DNA of 62,482 nucleotides, counting the filler, from Globobulimina sp. (lineage: Eukaryota), in the NCBI GenBank assembly GCA_003354225.1. It is 39 parts of 39 records of this genome, joined end to end, with 100 filler letters (N's around TTAATTAATTAA, not from the genome) between each part and the next. Parts side by side here need not be neighbours in the genome. Positions count along the whole stretch, not along the records: positions 11,240 to 12,744 come from PIVH01015606.1; positions 12,845 to 14,349 come from PIVH01015607.1; positions 14,450 to 15,954 come from PIVH01015608.1; positions 16,055 to 17,559 come from PIVH01015609.1; positions 17,660 to 19,164 come from PIVH01015610.1; positions 19,265 to 20,769 come from PIVH01015611.1; positions 20,870 to 22,374 come from PIVH01015612.1; positions 22,475 to 23,979 come from PIVH01015613.1; 31 more parts are not named here. One strand, 5' to 3'. Position 1 is the stretch's first letter; each line of letters opens with the position of its first letter. Positions 12,466 to 24,180 of this stretch are shown piece by piece. The notes below the pieces were generated by a model. That model saw nothing but the letters and a program-made list of their open reading frames with translations, was not told the origin of the DNA and did no database searches. Both the position numbers and the translations under genes were made by a program.

Positions 12466-12852
12466 TAGTTAACAGTTATTTAATCCTTGCGCTTAGCCTT
12501 AGAAAGTTTAATTTTGCAAGAATACCAAGCTGAAAACCTGGTTCGCTTTGAGTACCCTCTGAGTACAGCACCTACCGAGCTCAGGTATTGTTGCTTATGC
12601 ATATTAGAAGAATTTAAAAAAAATCCACGGTGCTGAAGCATCTAATTTGTCAGAAATTTCGCGCATAAAGAAACTCCATCGACAATAAAGGCGATTATGA
12701 TGAAGAGAAAAGAAGAGCACTGTGTCAGATGCGTCCAGAGATTCNNNNNNNNNNNNNNNNNNNNNNNNNNNNNNNNNNNNNNNNNNNNTTAATTAATTAA
12801 NNNNNNNNNNNNNNNNNNNNNNNNNNNNNNNNNNNNNNNNNNNNTATTTTTT

Positions 12853-13245
12853 ATGTGGTTTGTTCTGTGTTTTCATGATGTATGGATTGCAATGGTTGAT
12901 AAATCGGTTACAATGGTTGATAAATCAAAGAAATTTATATGGTTAACTTGCTGCAAAAAAGTAGTATTATGTGAGAGACCACCAACATCTATTTGTACAG
13001 CGATAAGAAAATATAAGATTACACACTGTATAATATGTTTGGTGGCATTCAATGAAGATATATCATCAGCCATTGCAATATTATCATGCGGCCATTGTTA
13101 TCATAAACCATGCCTTGAAATATGGGAATGGGAACGAAATATGAAATGTGTTATATGCAAAGAGCAATATAATAATAAAAATAAATGGTATTGCCAATAT
13201 ACAAAATATAATGTATCCAACGGATATTTAGATATGGATACATGA
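12853..13245 (+). CDS. RING-H2 finger protein
   Basis: CIICL...CGHCYHKPCL..W...CVICK. Confidence 0.85.
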   Translation: MWFVLCFHDVWIAMVDKSVTMVDKSKKFIWLTCCKKVVLCERPPTSICTAIRKYKITHCIICLVAFNEDISSAIAILSCGHCYHKPCLEIWEWERNMKCVICKEQYNNKNKWYCQYTKYNVSNGYLDMDT

Positions 13246-13397
13246 TGGCATCTATCTGCAGCTGTTTCATTGTTTGTATGTGCGCAACCAATATTATGTA
13301 TTTCAGGAAATTTTGTTTAAACTTTTTTTCTCATGTTGAAGGTACTAGGTGGCAAAGACGGGAAAACTTTATTTAAGAAACTTTTATTCTTTAAATC

Positions 13398-13958
13398 ATG
13401 TCCGTGGAATTGGTGATGCAATCTCCAGACGTTGTTCGTGTTCCAACTTCCGCTGCAACAACTTCAGTAACAAAAGCAGTGGATTTGGACAATGAACCAA
13501 ATAATTTTTCCTCTCAACATAACCAAACAGATACAAAACCAGAATTACCAGATGCATACATACCGACATGCAAGTTATTAATAACAGAGCAATTATTTTG
13601 TGCCAGAGTCCTGATAATCTTTTTAACCATATTTTTAAGTGTGTTATCAGTATCTTATTCGACCGGACAAATATTATCTATCACTGTATCTAATTATTGG
13701 TGTCCACTTAAAACATTAGACGATATTAGAAAGCATTCAAACGAAAATAATTTACCAAAAGGAGACACTGAAAACGGCTGTTGGAGTGCCAAAGCGTATA
13801 CAGTTAATTCATAATTCCATATACAACATATTCATAATTAGGTTAAGTTTCTTATAACTTAGGTAAATCACAATGCTTTATGGTCGACAGAATCATATGA
13901 TTACACAGTGGATCTTACGTATGATTCAATGTTGAAATGTATTGCATTCTCCATGCTT
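13398..13958 (+). CDS. Membrane protein of unknown family (probable intron 13803-13862), cut by a junction
   Basis: TM helix plus YWCP..GCWS; paralogue of 3213-3507. Confidence 0.65.
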
Positions 13959-14349
13959 TCATTTGTATTCATTATATGCATTGGATATGACATTGTTTAC
14001 AAATGTTATATTCGTAGAATCCATAACCACAAGTTTAAATCCGGCTTTCAGTGAATTCATAACAGTATTGTTCACCAGATTTGCATTTATTGTTTGATAA
14101 TTAAACTCGATACCATAAGTCGTGTCAACAATGATATTCTTCATATATGTAGAATCTTTAACATTTTGAGTTCTATTGGTTGAACCTGTTGAAAATATCC
14201 CTGAAGTAGCATTTTTAATGAAATTATTACGCCAAACATTTCCAACAAGGTTACCCGCTTTAATACCTAATCCCGCATAAACATTTCCATTCATGTCGAG
14301 TTCGTTGTACTCAATCAAATTATTTTCAGATGATCCCCCTACGCCTCCA
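13959..14349 (-). CDS. Right-handed parallel beta-helix repeat fragment, probably prokaryotic
   Basis: Repeating N..I.NN.I / GI.. pattern. Confidence 0.7.
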
Positions 14350-15357
14350 NNNNNNNNNNNNNNNNNNNNNNNNNNNNNNNNNNNNNNNNNNNNTTAATTA
14401 ATTAANNNNNNNNNNNNNNNNNNNNNNNNNNNNNNNNNNNNNNNNNNNNTTTTTAATGGGAGAGGATGCAAACATTGTTCAACTAATTAAACCAGAATGA
14501 AATTCAATGGATTATGTTTGTTGATTAATTACGAATGATGAGAGAAGAGGAAAGGATATGTTTTCGATTCTGATTATGATCCATTATGAGCACTTAAACA
14601 ACTCAACCAAATAAACAATAAGCGATTATGAGTCATGTACAGGGCGTTGGAGGCAACCTTTTATCGACATCGATAAGTCGCTAAGGTGATGGGGGATGTC
14701 GCTACATCAACATATGGATGTTGCCCAACATCGATATATATTGGTTGACATTATCGGTGGAAAAATTTTTTTGACAATAAATCAAGAAAAATAAATGTCT
14801 ATGATATCATAACTAATTAGCTTTGATCCATCATCGCCATATTAATGCTTGTAATTAAACGCCATATTAATGCTTGTATATGAAATATTAGAATATTGTA
14901 TATGATGATTCATAGGCATCGTTAAGAGGCATTACAAAACTGATCCATTACCATATATAACAGATGGTTATATCATTAATACTCCACGATCAGTAAATGT
15001 GTTTTGTACAAAACTGTTCCTCCCATGATAAATATGGAAGCATTATATAATAAGCAAGTCGGTGTAGTGATGGGGATATCCAATTATCATAAACAGCAAA
15101 AAAACGCTGCGTTCGCCAGATTTCTGGTGACCATGATCGACATTTTAATACATGTGTTTTTTAGTTTATAAGATTAATTCCGTCGGCAAACGTGCACAAT
15201 ATGTAATATCCTAAATATTGTTATTACGATGACCAACGAAAAGATTCATATCCACACCAAAATAATATAGCATACAATGCACAAAAACAACACAAACAAA
15301 AAACGGTAAACAACAAAAACACTCAAATAAAAAAACAATATAAAAACCATTCACAAG

Positions 15358-15954
15358 TCAATCATGATATTGTCCTAATTTATTTGTTAATAATTTTTCA
15401 AAGAGATTCCTCGGTCCAATCTGCGGGATTAGTTGTTTTAAATCCTCATTGGTTAAATGAATCAATCTATCTTCAGTCACCTGATGTTGTTTAAAATTAT
15501 TAACATACATTCTCCAATTTTGATGGTCAATTTCTAACAGCACCAAAGTAATCCATTCATAACCAACTTCCAACATAGTCACTATGCTCTCTTCGTCAAT
15601 ATCCGCCAATGAATTATTGGTTGTATTCACTGTATTTACTGTATACGTATTACTTGGAATGGGCAAAACTGGCAAATTCTTGATCGTATCATCCTCACTC
15701 AACACACTGTCATTCTCATCTATGATCTTCACCAATTCCAACGTACTGTTCTTCCCCATCACATTCAAAAGTTGAGGCTGGACAAAGACAGCCTGTTGCA
15801 TCATCCTCTTGATATATTCTTCTTCGTTTTGCTGAGACATCAAGAAATTGCGTGGTTTGCCTGTATCTATATTGCCATTGTCATAGTCGATTGATTCCAT
15901 TCCATCAATGCCCGTTTTATACTCATGAGATTCGCCATATTCTTCATCACATTC
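15358..15954 (-). CDS. Protein with C-terminal SAM-like domain, 5'-truncated
   Basis: Y..NFKQHQVTEDRLIHLTNEDLKQLIPQIGPR. Confidence 0.75.
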   Translation of the reverse strand, partial: ECDEEYGESHEYKTGIDGMESIDYDNGNIDTGKPRNFLMSQQNEEEYIKRMMQQAVFVQPQLLNVMGKNSTLELVKIIDENDSVLSEDDTIKNLPVLPIPSNTYTVNTVNTTNNSLADIDEESIVTMLEVGYEWITLVLLEIDHQNWRMYVNNFKQHQVTEDRLIHLTNEDLKQLIPQIGPRNLFEKLLTNKLGQYHD

Positions 15955-16054
15955 NNNNNNNNNNNNNNNNNNNNNNNNNNNNNNNNNNNNNNNNNNNNTT
16001 AATTAATTAANNNNNNNNNNNNNNNNNNNNNNNNNNNNNNNNNNNNNNNNNNNN

Positions 16055-16158
16055 CATGTTAAACATGTTGTTCAACATGCAGGCATAATGCTGGCATATT
16101 AGATTTGGTGCAGCCAGCTCTTAGACAACATGTTGAACATGTTACTCAAATGTTCAAC
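16055..16158. repeat. aacatgtt palindromic subrepeat cluster
   Basis: Repeated aacatgtt / ttcaac units. Confidence 0.5.
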
Positions 16159-16257
16159 CCACAATTTTAAAACACCTGAGAAAGTGTCCACACTCTTTAT
16201 TAAAAGTAATAAAATATTGTCAAGTGCAAGGAGTTGAGTTGCAAAAATACAAAAAAT

Positions 16258-16700
16258 CTATTGATCTGCATCATCATCAACATAATGTCGTCCGTCATCC
16301 ACAAATTGTGCTTCATAATTCGGTTCTTGAGTATAATCCAATAAAACGCCGCATGCCAACGGCTCTTGTCCCTTTTTTAAATATTTTATCCATTGTACAT
16401 ATCCACCATTTGTGCTTGAATGGGTCCGCATAAACCGATAAATCTCTTTCCTTTCATCCGGTGTTGCACTGTTCCACATTGGGAATGCAAATTTAAAATC
16501 AACAACACACGACCAATGTCTATTGTGTCCATCTGGCCGTTTATTCGTTAATGCCACCATTCCAACCCTCTCAGCCAACTCTAAACATGCTCTAATAACC
16601 AATTTGGGAGCATATGGATATTTTTTGCTGCCCAATGGCACATCCAATGGTAAATAATGCTTTACATCATAGAACTCCGCCTTCTCTGTATTATTTGCAA
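16258..16700 (-). CDS. Hypothetical protein C-terminal fragment
   Basis: Open frame extends upstream of the called start to ~16700. Confidence 0.45.
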
Positions 16701-16914
16701 ATTTGGAGATGCCGTTGATTTGTTTGTTGCATATATGAGGAAGACATGGTTGGATGGATTATATGACATTAATGAATGGTGTGTATTTGATTCATGGATA
16801 CGGACAAATAATCCAACGGAATCAATGAACTTCAGTTCACAACACACATCGTCAAATATGAGCAATATAAGATCTGGGAAACAACTCGAAGGAGGCGACC
16901 TAAAGAAGTTTTAA
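16700..16914 (+). pseudogene. Mutator-like (MULE) transposase remnant
   Basis: FVAYMRKTWL...W.VF...RTNN..ES.N motif. Confidence 0.7.
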
Positions 16915-17661
16915 AAAACACTGTTGTGCATAATGAATGGAAACGAATTGTGAAAAATGACACACCACAATCAATCATGAGATTTCTACATAGGTGCAGC
17001 AAAGCTATGAAGGTTTCTAAAGAGTCATTGAAAAAATGATCAACAGTTATGATAGAGAAATTTGATAACTTTGAGAAATTTGTAATAAATTTAAGAACTT
17101 TGATATATTTGATAAATTTATAATAAATTTGATAAATTTGTAAGAACTGTAAATCGATGCAAAGTTCTCAAATCGGGTAACAACTCAGCGCGCCAACGCC
17201 GACAAGGCGTCCAACGACAAGCCATGCCCCGATTTGGTCATATCAATGTAGAACTGGCACATATTTTGCTTCTTCATGTCGAACAGCGTCTCCTTGTCCG
17301 CGTCGTTGGGGAATTTGCTGATATTATTATACAGAGTCAGGTGATGAAGAATCAGACGATAAATTATGTAAAGAGCGCTGGAATTAGAGGCTGAAGCGAA
17401 GCCTAAACAAGAACCAAAATATTTAGCTCCAGGGACAAAGCCAGAATCAGAACCGAACGATTAGTGAGTATTTGCTGATTTGTTGCTGATTTTGTAGGTT
17501 TTTGTGTGTGTGTTTGTGTGTCTTGATTTGTGTACCGGTTCTGTTAAATTAAACTGTTANNNNNNNNNNNNNNNNNNNNNNNNNNNNNNNNNNNNNNNNN
17601 NNNTTAATTAATTAANNNNNNNNNNNNNNNNNNNNNNNNNNNNNNNNNNNNNNNNNNNNTA

Positions 17662-19089
17662 GTTCATTATTTAGATTATAGTTCAGATTGTAAAAATTAT
17701 GAAACATCTGATTTATTTAGTAGTGGTTTATTTACAATTATTACTTGTATGTTAATTTTCATGTTAATTACAAAAATACCATTTTATGCAAAATTACACA
17801 TGATATTAAGAAGAAGAAATATTGGAGTAATGGCATATTTAATTGATGGTGGGTTATTATTTTTCATATATAATATGATAAAAAATATGAGAGATGTAAC
17901 TGGATATAATAAATGTTCAGTATCTTCAACTGATACAACAACATCAGGTGATTTTATAAATATACAAAATTATATTTCTTCATTAGAAGTAGATATTAAA
18001 GCATTACAAGATAAAATCGCAGAAGAAAAGATATTAAGAGAAACATATCAAACTGAATTGGAAGGAAAAATTACAGAAAGAACATCAATTGTAGATACTT
18101 TAAATAAAGAATTACTAGATGAGATATCAGCAGTTGATTCACATTATGCTACAGTTACAGAGAAACAAGAAGATGAAATATATTCACTTAATGAAAGAAT
18201 AGAAGTATTAGAAACAAAGGTATCAGATTTAGTAGTATCACAAGCAGAATTACAAACATTATTAGAATCAAGAATAAGTGAAATTGAAACAATACAATTA
18301 TCATTAAAGAGTTCAATTGAGAATAATACAACAAATATAACAAATAACTCATCAAAGATTGAAGGTAATATATTAAGTATAGCAGAATTAAAAACAATTG
18401 TAGATGCTTATGAAATGCCAGTATCATATGAAGATAGAGTAGCTGCTTTAGAATTAGAAAAAGATAATATATTAGCAAATATAGCATTAAATTCAAAAAA
18501 CATTGAAAGTATTGATATCTCTGGTATATCATCAAATGCAGCAGCAATCGTAGGAAATACATCATTAATTACATCAAATAAATCAAATATTAATTCAAAT
18601 ACAGAATTAATAAAAGCATTAGATCTATCTGGAATAGCATCTAATACAGCTGCGATCTCAGCAATTGATACATCTGGAATAGCATCTAATACAGCTGCAA
18701 TCTCAGCAATTGATACATCCGGAATAGCAATAAATAGTTCTGCTATTATATCAAACTCTACATTAATTACTGGATTAGACACTGAATTACAGACATTAAT
18801 AACAAGAATATCAACAATAGAAGAATTAGGTGCTGAATTAGATGCATTAGTATTAAGAATATCAGCATTAGAATCTACAGATGTAGATTTTGAAGCAAGA
18901 ATAACTGCATTAGAATTAATAGATCACGGAAATGATGAAAAAGAGGATGAAATAGAAGACGACAATGATGATGAAACAGAAGATGATAAAGTAACAATAT
19001 GTCATAAAGGAACAACATTGACAATAGCATCATCGGCATTAGATACTCATATTGGCCACGGAGATACGTTAGGTGCTTGTAAATCATAA
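17662..19089 (+). CDS. Long coiled-coil/fibre-like protein with N-terminal TM helices, 15-aa repeats and C-terminal KVTICH-HGD motif; 5'-open
   Basis: Heptad pattern; SGIASNTAAISAIDT repeats; KVTICHKG...HIGHGDTLGAC end; very AT-rich and intronless. Confidence 0.75.
   Translation, partial: VHYLDYSSDCKNYETSDLFSSGLFTIITCMLIFMLITKIPFYAKLHMILRRRNIGVMAYLIDGGLLFFIYNMIKNMRDVTGYNKCSVSSTDTTTSGDFINIQNYISSLEVDIKALQDKIAEEKILRETYQTELEGKITERTSIVDTLNKELLDEISAVDSHYATVTEKQEDEIYSLNERIEVLETKVSDLVVSQAELQTLLESRISEIETIQLSLKSSIENNTTNITNNSSKIEGNILSIAELKTIVDAYEMPVSYEDRVAALELEKDNILANIALNSKNIESIDISGISSNAAAIVGNTSLITSNKSNINSNTELIKALDLSGIASNTAAISAIDTSGIASNTAAISAIDTSGIAINSSAIISNSTLITGLDTELQTLITRISTIEELGAELDALVLRISALESTDVDFEARITALELIDHGNDEKEDEIEDDNDDETEDDKVTICHKGTTLTIASSALDTHIGHGDTLGACKS
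18628..18729 (+). repeat. 45-bp coding tandem repeat (2+ copies)
   Basis: tctggaatagcatctaatacagctgc(g/a)atctcagcaattgataca twice. Confidence 0.9.
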
Positions 19090-19357
19090 TTTTATTAAAT
19101 ATATATACTTTATGTAGCTGTTAATCGCGATTAATTTAAATAAATAATGTTGTTTATAATTATANNNNNNNNNNNNNNNNNNNNNNNNNNNNNNNNNNNN
19201 NNNNNNNNTTAATTAATTAANNNNNNNNNNNNNNNNNNNNNNNNNNNNNNNNNNNNNNNNNNNNCCTGTTGTTCGAAATTGCATTGTCCGGGCTTTTGAT
19301 GAAAGGTATGATTCATATTTATGTCAGACTCATCACTCGTCTCCCCTCTTCCTGCTC

Positions 19358-20596
19358 ATGCAAGATGAGGCACTATCTGTATGTTTACCAACTGCCCCTG
19401 GCGATGTCTGTAATAGTTTCGTATTAATTTCTATTGCGAATTTGCGTATGTATATTAACAAAATCTATCATGCACAGCACCACCGGCAACAGACGCCCCC
19501 GTTACTGGCACCACAGCGGTCGGAGCCGTTGACCCAACCGCCTCAACCGAAGTAACAGTACCCGACGAAAGCACAGGTTTTTATGTATATTCCACCCTCA
19601 AACACCACAATGAAACAGTAAACAACTGCTTGAACAGTGGCACCATTCGATTTGTCATGCTTAACGGCAGCGGACTGTGCTGCAAAACATGCCGACCTTA
19701 CAGCTGGAGTGGGCTTTTTAGGCGAAGCATTCCGGTGCATACAAGAAGAATGTACCATTACTTGTAGTAGCGCCACCAGCTGCGACACCGCCGATTCTTT
19801 AATTAATAACCAAATGGGAACCGCCTATGACTTCGTTTGCGATGGCTCGTCAGATCCAGTGTGTGTGCAACGCAGTTCTTTGCCGACGACGACGGACGTG
19901 GACGCTACGGATGCGAGCACCACAGAGGATGAGGATGGCTGTAATACGGATGTCTGCAGTGCGGCGAGGACCGAGTGTAACGAAGATGGTCCGGCGGATG
20001 CGTGTTATGTGCAATTCACATTAGATGCGGATGTTTGTATTCTTAACCATGGATTTAGGCGACGTCACATCTATGACGATTTTCGTTGGGCGGTTTCTAC
20101 TGCGATTGATGCTACGTTTACCCTCGACGGGGTCTGCGACGATAGCACGGTGAAAGTGACTGGCTATGCCTGCGTAGAAAAGGCGAATCCAATGTATGTG
20201 TTTGACACCACGCCGACCAGAGATACCTGTCCACCCAACGCGGCGACGCGATGCGTGAAGGGCAATCAAGCGCAATTTGCAGCGAGTGTAGGAGTGGAAT
20301 TGGCGCTGTTTTGTGGAAGTGGGAGTTGCGATGATTTGGATGAGATTGCTGACGGATTGAAAGCGGCAGTGGCCTGGGCGGCCGATTTCGTGGAAGAAGC
20401 TCGGGAGCTGTCGGTGAGTGATGATACGATATGTCAGAAAGGGTTTGGGCTCGTGACTGCCAATGATTTGGCGATTACGGTGCACAATGCGGATGGGTCG
20501 GTGTATGAGACCATTTTGGATACTACAGGCGGTGCGGTGCAAGGATGGTTTTATATGGCTGGTGTTGTTGCTGTGGTTATGTTGGCTTTCTTGTAA
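19358..20596 (+). CDS. Cys-rich surface protein with C-terminal hydrophobic (GPI-signal-like) tail; probable introns 19430-19477 and 19577-19637
   Basis: Many Cys, Thr-rich linkers, terminal hydrophobic stretch, GT..CAG segments of lower GC. Confidence 0.65.
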
Positions 20597-20869
20597 GTCT
20601 AACTTTAATTTTAGGTTTAATTTTGTGGTTAGGTTTAATTTTAATCTTTCATTGAAAGTGTGTTTCGTTTTTGTTTTTTTGTTTTGTTTTTATTTGTTTT
20701 TTTGTTTGGATTTTTGTTTGGATACCTAACACTTGCGATACTTTTTTGTTTGGATTTTTGGAATGTTTTNNNNNNNNNNNNNNNNNNNNNNNNNNNNNNN
20801 NNNNNNNNNNNNNTTAATTAATTAANNNNNNNNNNNNNNNNNNNNNNNNNNNNNNNNNNNNNNNNNNNN

Positions 20870-22229
20870 CTACCGTCCCATTTCTCTTCTTAATATTATG
20901 GGGAAATTAACTGAACGAGTTGTTAGTGACCAATTAATGGATTACTTTGACTCAAATAATTTACTCCCCAAATATCAGTCAGGATTCCGGAAAGGCCACA
21001 GTACAAAAACGGCTATTCTAGATCTTACTGATTCCTTTTACCTTGCCATGAGCAGAAAGGAACTCACAGCACTGATTTTGCTAGATTATTCAAAAGCTTT
21101 CGACACATTAAATTATAATATTTTGCTGGATAAAATGCAGAAATATGGGGTTCAAGAGATTGAGTGGTTTCGATCATATCTAACAGGTCGCGTTCAGCAA
21201 ACAAAAGTGAATGAGTCTTTATCAGATTCAGAAACAGTGTTAGCCGGATGCCCTCAAGGCTCAGTTCTCTCACCACTCCTTTTTCTAATTTATACAGCTG
21301 ATCTCTCGGCTGTAACTTCCCATGTTCAAAGTAGACAATATGCTGACGACACTCAGTTATTCCTTAGTTTCTCCCCTCAGCAGGATGAAACTTGGGAAAT
21401 AGCGGCTACTAGGACTTCTCAATTGATAACCGAAGACCTAACAGCCATCCAAAACTGGGCTAAAGCAAATTGTCTTAAACTAAACCCTACTAAAACCGAG
21501 TTTTTATTAATTGGAACAGAGCCTCTTCGAAAAAAAGCCAACATGGTGCTTGAATTTGGAGGGGAACAACTTACTCCGGTCGAAAAAGCCAAATCTCTTG
21601 GTGTAATCCTTGACTCGAACATGACTTTTGATGACCACATTGACCTGGTTTGCCGACGAATGTCAAGCATGCTCGGTCAGTTGTGTGGAGTAAAAGGTTG
21701 TTTATCTTTCAATTTCCGTAAAACTCTAGCACAATCCCTTGTATTGAGTCATTTGAACTATTGTGAACTGGTCTATCTGTCTACTACAAAGCAGAATAGA
21801 GATCGTTTGCAACGAATTCAAAACTGGGCGGCACGTTTTGTCTGTCATGCAGATCGAATGACAACCGCTCTTCCCCTCATACGTCGACTCAAATGGCAAA
21901 CTGTAAACGAACTGTACATGTCACGCTTAGGCAAGATGACCTGGCAATGTGCAAACAAGCCGGGACAACTGCCATCATACATAACTGAGAAATTCGTGTT
22001 TAGAGACGATGATAGGCGAACGACTAGATACAGTTCAAATGCTACAGTAAGAGAGCCAGATATAGGTAGGTGCAACTCCTTCGGCCAACGAATGTTCAGA
22101 TGGCGCATTGCTCGCTTGGCGAACACAATTGGCAAAGAAGGATTGATGAACTTGCCTCTAGCTACTCTGCGGGAAAATGTGCTTAAAAGATATGATGAAA
22201 TAAATCCATCCAAATTCTCAAAATATTGA
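20870..22229 (+). mobile_element. Non-LTR retrotransposon reverse transcriptase (CR1/L2/Jockey-like), 5'-truncated
   Basis: QSGFRKGHST.TA, LDYSKAFD, GCPQGSVLSPLLF, YADDTQL, LNPTKTE. Confidence 0.96.
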
Positions 22230-22708
22230 CCATACATAATACACCGATTTTGACTTCCATACCCGATTATGCCATCTATCCACTTCGCTATAACGAATTT
22301 TCCTTGCAAATGATAATATTATTAATTATTAAAATACAGTACATTAGCAGTGATTTTTATTTATTTAATGCATANNNNNNNNNNNNNNNNNNNNNNNNNN
22401 NNNNNNNNNNNNNNNNNNTTAATTAATTAANNNNNNNNNNNNNNNNNNNNNNNNNNNNNNNNNNNNNNNNNNNNAGTATTATCTGTTTCTTTTTGTTGTT
22501 AGCTAAAGAATTATGAAAATGATATGGATTTTATTGTGTGTGCTGTGTGATTTTATTGTGTGATTTTATTTGCTTGTTTGTGTTTTTGCTGATTTTTTTA
22601 TAATATACAAATTATTTTGTAATTATTTTTTCGGAGTTTGTTTTTTTGTTGTTATTTGAAATTAAGATTAAAAAACTTTGTTAATTATGCAAACTAACAT
22701 ACAGTACA

Positions 22709-23818
22709 TTAGGTACGTTGAATGTGTGAACTTAAAAACGGTTGTTTTTGCTTTCTTATATTCTTTACACGTTTTTCTGCGAAATTCTGTGCGATTCTGA
22801 TCCAACATCGATGAAAACAATTACAAAAGCAATAATACCATCTACTGGAACAATCCATGGCTATATAAATGCATAAATTATCGATTATTGCCAGTATTCC
22901 CGACACTGCCACTCCAAATTCCCTCATATGGCGAAATCTAGTATGATTGCCACCAAACTCATATAATCCATACCATACTATCACATATATTAAATATAAT
23001 ACATTGATGGATAGCAATACAGAAGAAACCACCATAATCGATGCTGATGAATTTAATATTGATTCTTGTGACAGTTTGACATTAAATAAATCAGAACTCA
23101 TAGTCATTATACTTATCTCTCGCTCGCTAAATGCCGGAGAGGCGTACCCTCCGTTGGAATCTTCATCGCTTCCAATGGTCCCATCACTGCCAAGTCGATG
23201 ATGCAATTTGTGCTCAACTACGATTTGCAGTGTCTTGGTAACAAACAAATAAATAATTATAAACGTTAAAAATACAGAAACAAGCATTCCAGATAAGATA
23301 GGAATATCTGACAATATTAATCGGGCTTTATCTGATAATGGGAAATTATTATAAGACTGATATATAACTACTATACAACAAAAATATAATCCAAATAACA
23401 AATTCATAATCGAGAGTAAATTAAATATAATATAATAAGTTGAAGACATTCCATGCAAAACATGCCGCAAATGATTTATCAGAAATAAATATATTGAGAA
23501 CTGGCCGATGCACGCACAGAAAAAATAGCACACGTCGTATAATGCCCATTTTTCCATTTTATCACCAAATATAACATATACCTGATCAGAATACATGAAG
23601 TAATAACTCTGCAAAGAGCCAAATAGTGAGCCAAAGGTAAAGGATGTTAATCCAACCATAGCGTACACAGAAACGAGTTTGTTAAAATGTGTTTCCTGCT
23701 GATATTGATTAAGAATAAATGAAATCGTAAGTGTTAGCAAAATAGATCCGATAATCAGTGCCAATAAATTTGTAAAAACTCCAACCACGCTAAATAGCTT
23801 TGTTATTTCGTCTGCCAT
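22709..23818 (-). CDS. Orphan 7-TM (GPCR-like) protein
   Basis: Seven hydrophobic segments and a YYCFCNCFHRC tail. Confidence 0.8.
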   Translation of the reverse strand: MADEITKLFSVVGVFTNLLALIIGSILLTLTISFILNQYQQETHFNKLVSVYAMVGLTSFTFGSLFGSLQSYYFMYSDQVYVIFGDKMEKWALYDVCYFFCACIGQFSIYLFLINHLRHVLHGMSSTYYIIFNLLSIMNLLFGLYFCCIVVIYQSYNNFPLSDKARLILSDIPILSGMLVSVFLTFIIIYLFVTKTLQIVVEHKLHHRLGSDGTIGSDEDSNGGYASPAFSEREISIMTMSSDLFNVKLSQESILNSSASIMVVSSVLLSINVLYLIYVIVWYGLYEFGGNHTRFRHMREFGVAVSGILAIIDNLCIYIAMDCSSRWYYCFCNCFHRCWIRIAQNFAEKRVKNIRKQKQPFLSSHIQRT

Positions 23819-24180
23819 TATTAAATATTCACTTCAAAAAAAAAAAGCTTCTCCTTCAAAAACATTCAATGGCAATCTCTGAACAGATTCTTTTGTCAAT
23901 ATTTACATACATTCCATTTTTGGTGGTTTCATGTTGCTTTTGGTTACATTTCAAAAATCATTTTGGTTTAAATTGCAACNNNNNNNNNNNNNNNNNNNNN
24001 NNNNNNNNNNNNNNNNNNNNNNNTTAATTAATTAANNNNNNNNNNNNNNNNNNNNNNNNNNNNNNNNNNNNNNNNNNNNATCATACCCGAAAGGTACCAC
24101 ATTCATTTATTTTTTTTTCATCAAAAAAACGGTTTTCTGCACCAAAACAGTCATCGCTTAGTAACCAATCAGGGGATGGA

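Noticed and set aside
20870-22229. RT as retron, DGR or group II intron enzyme
   Set aside because: Motifs and C-terminal region are those of ordinary eukaryotic LINEs; no associated ncRNA or TR/VR pair seen
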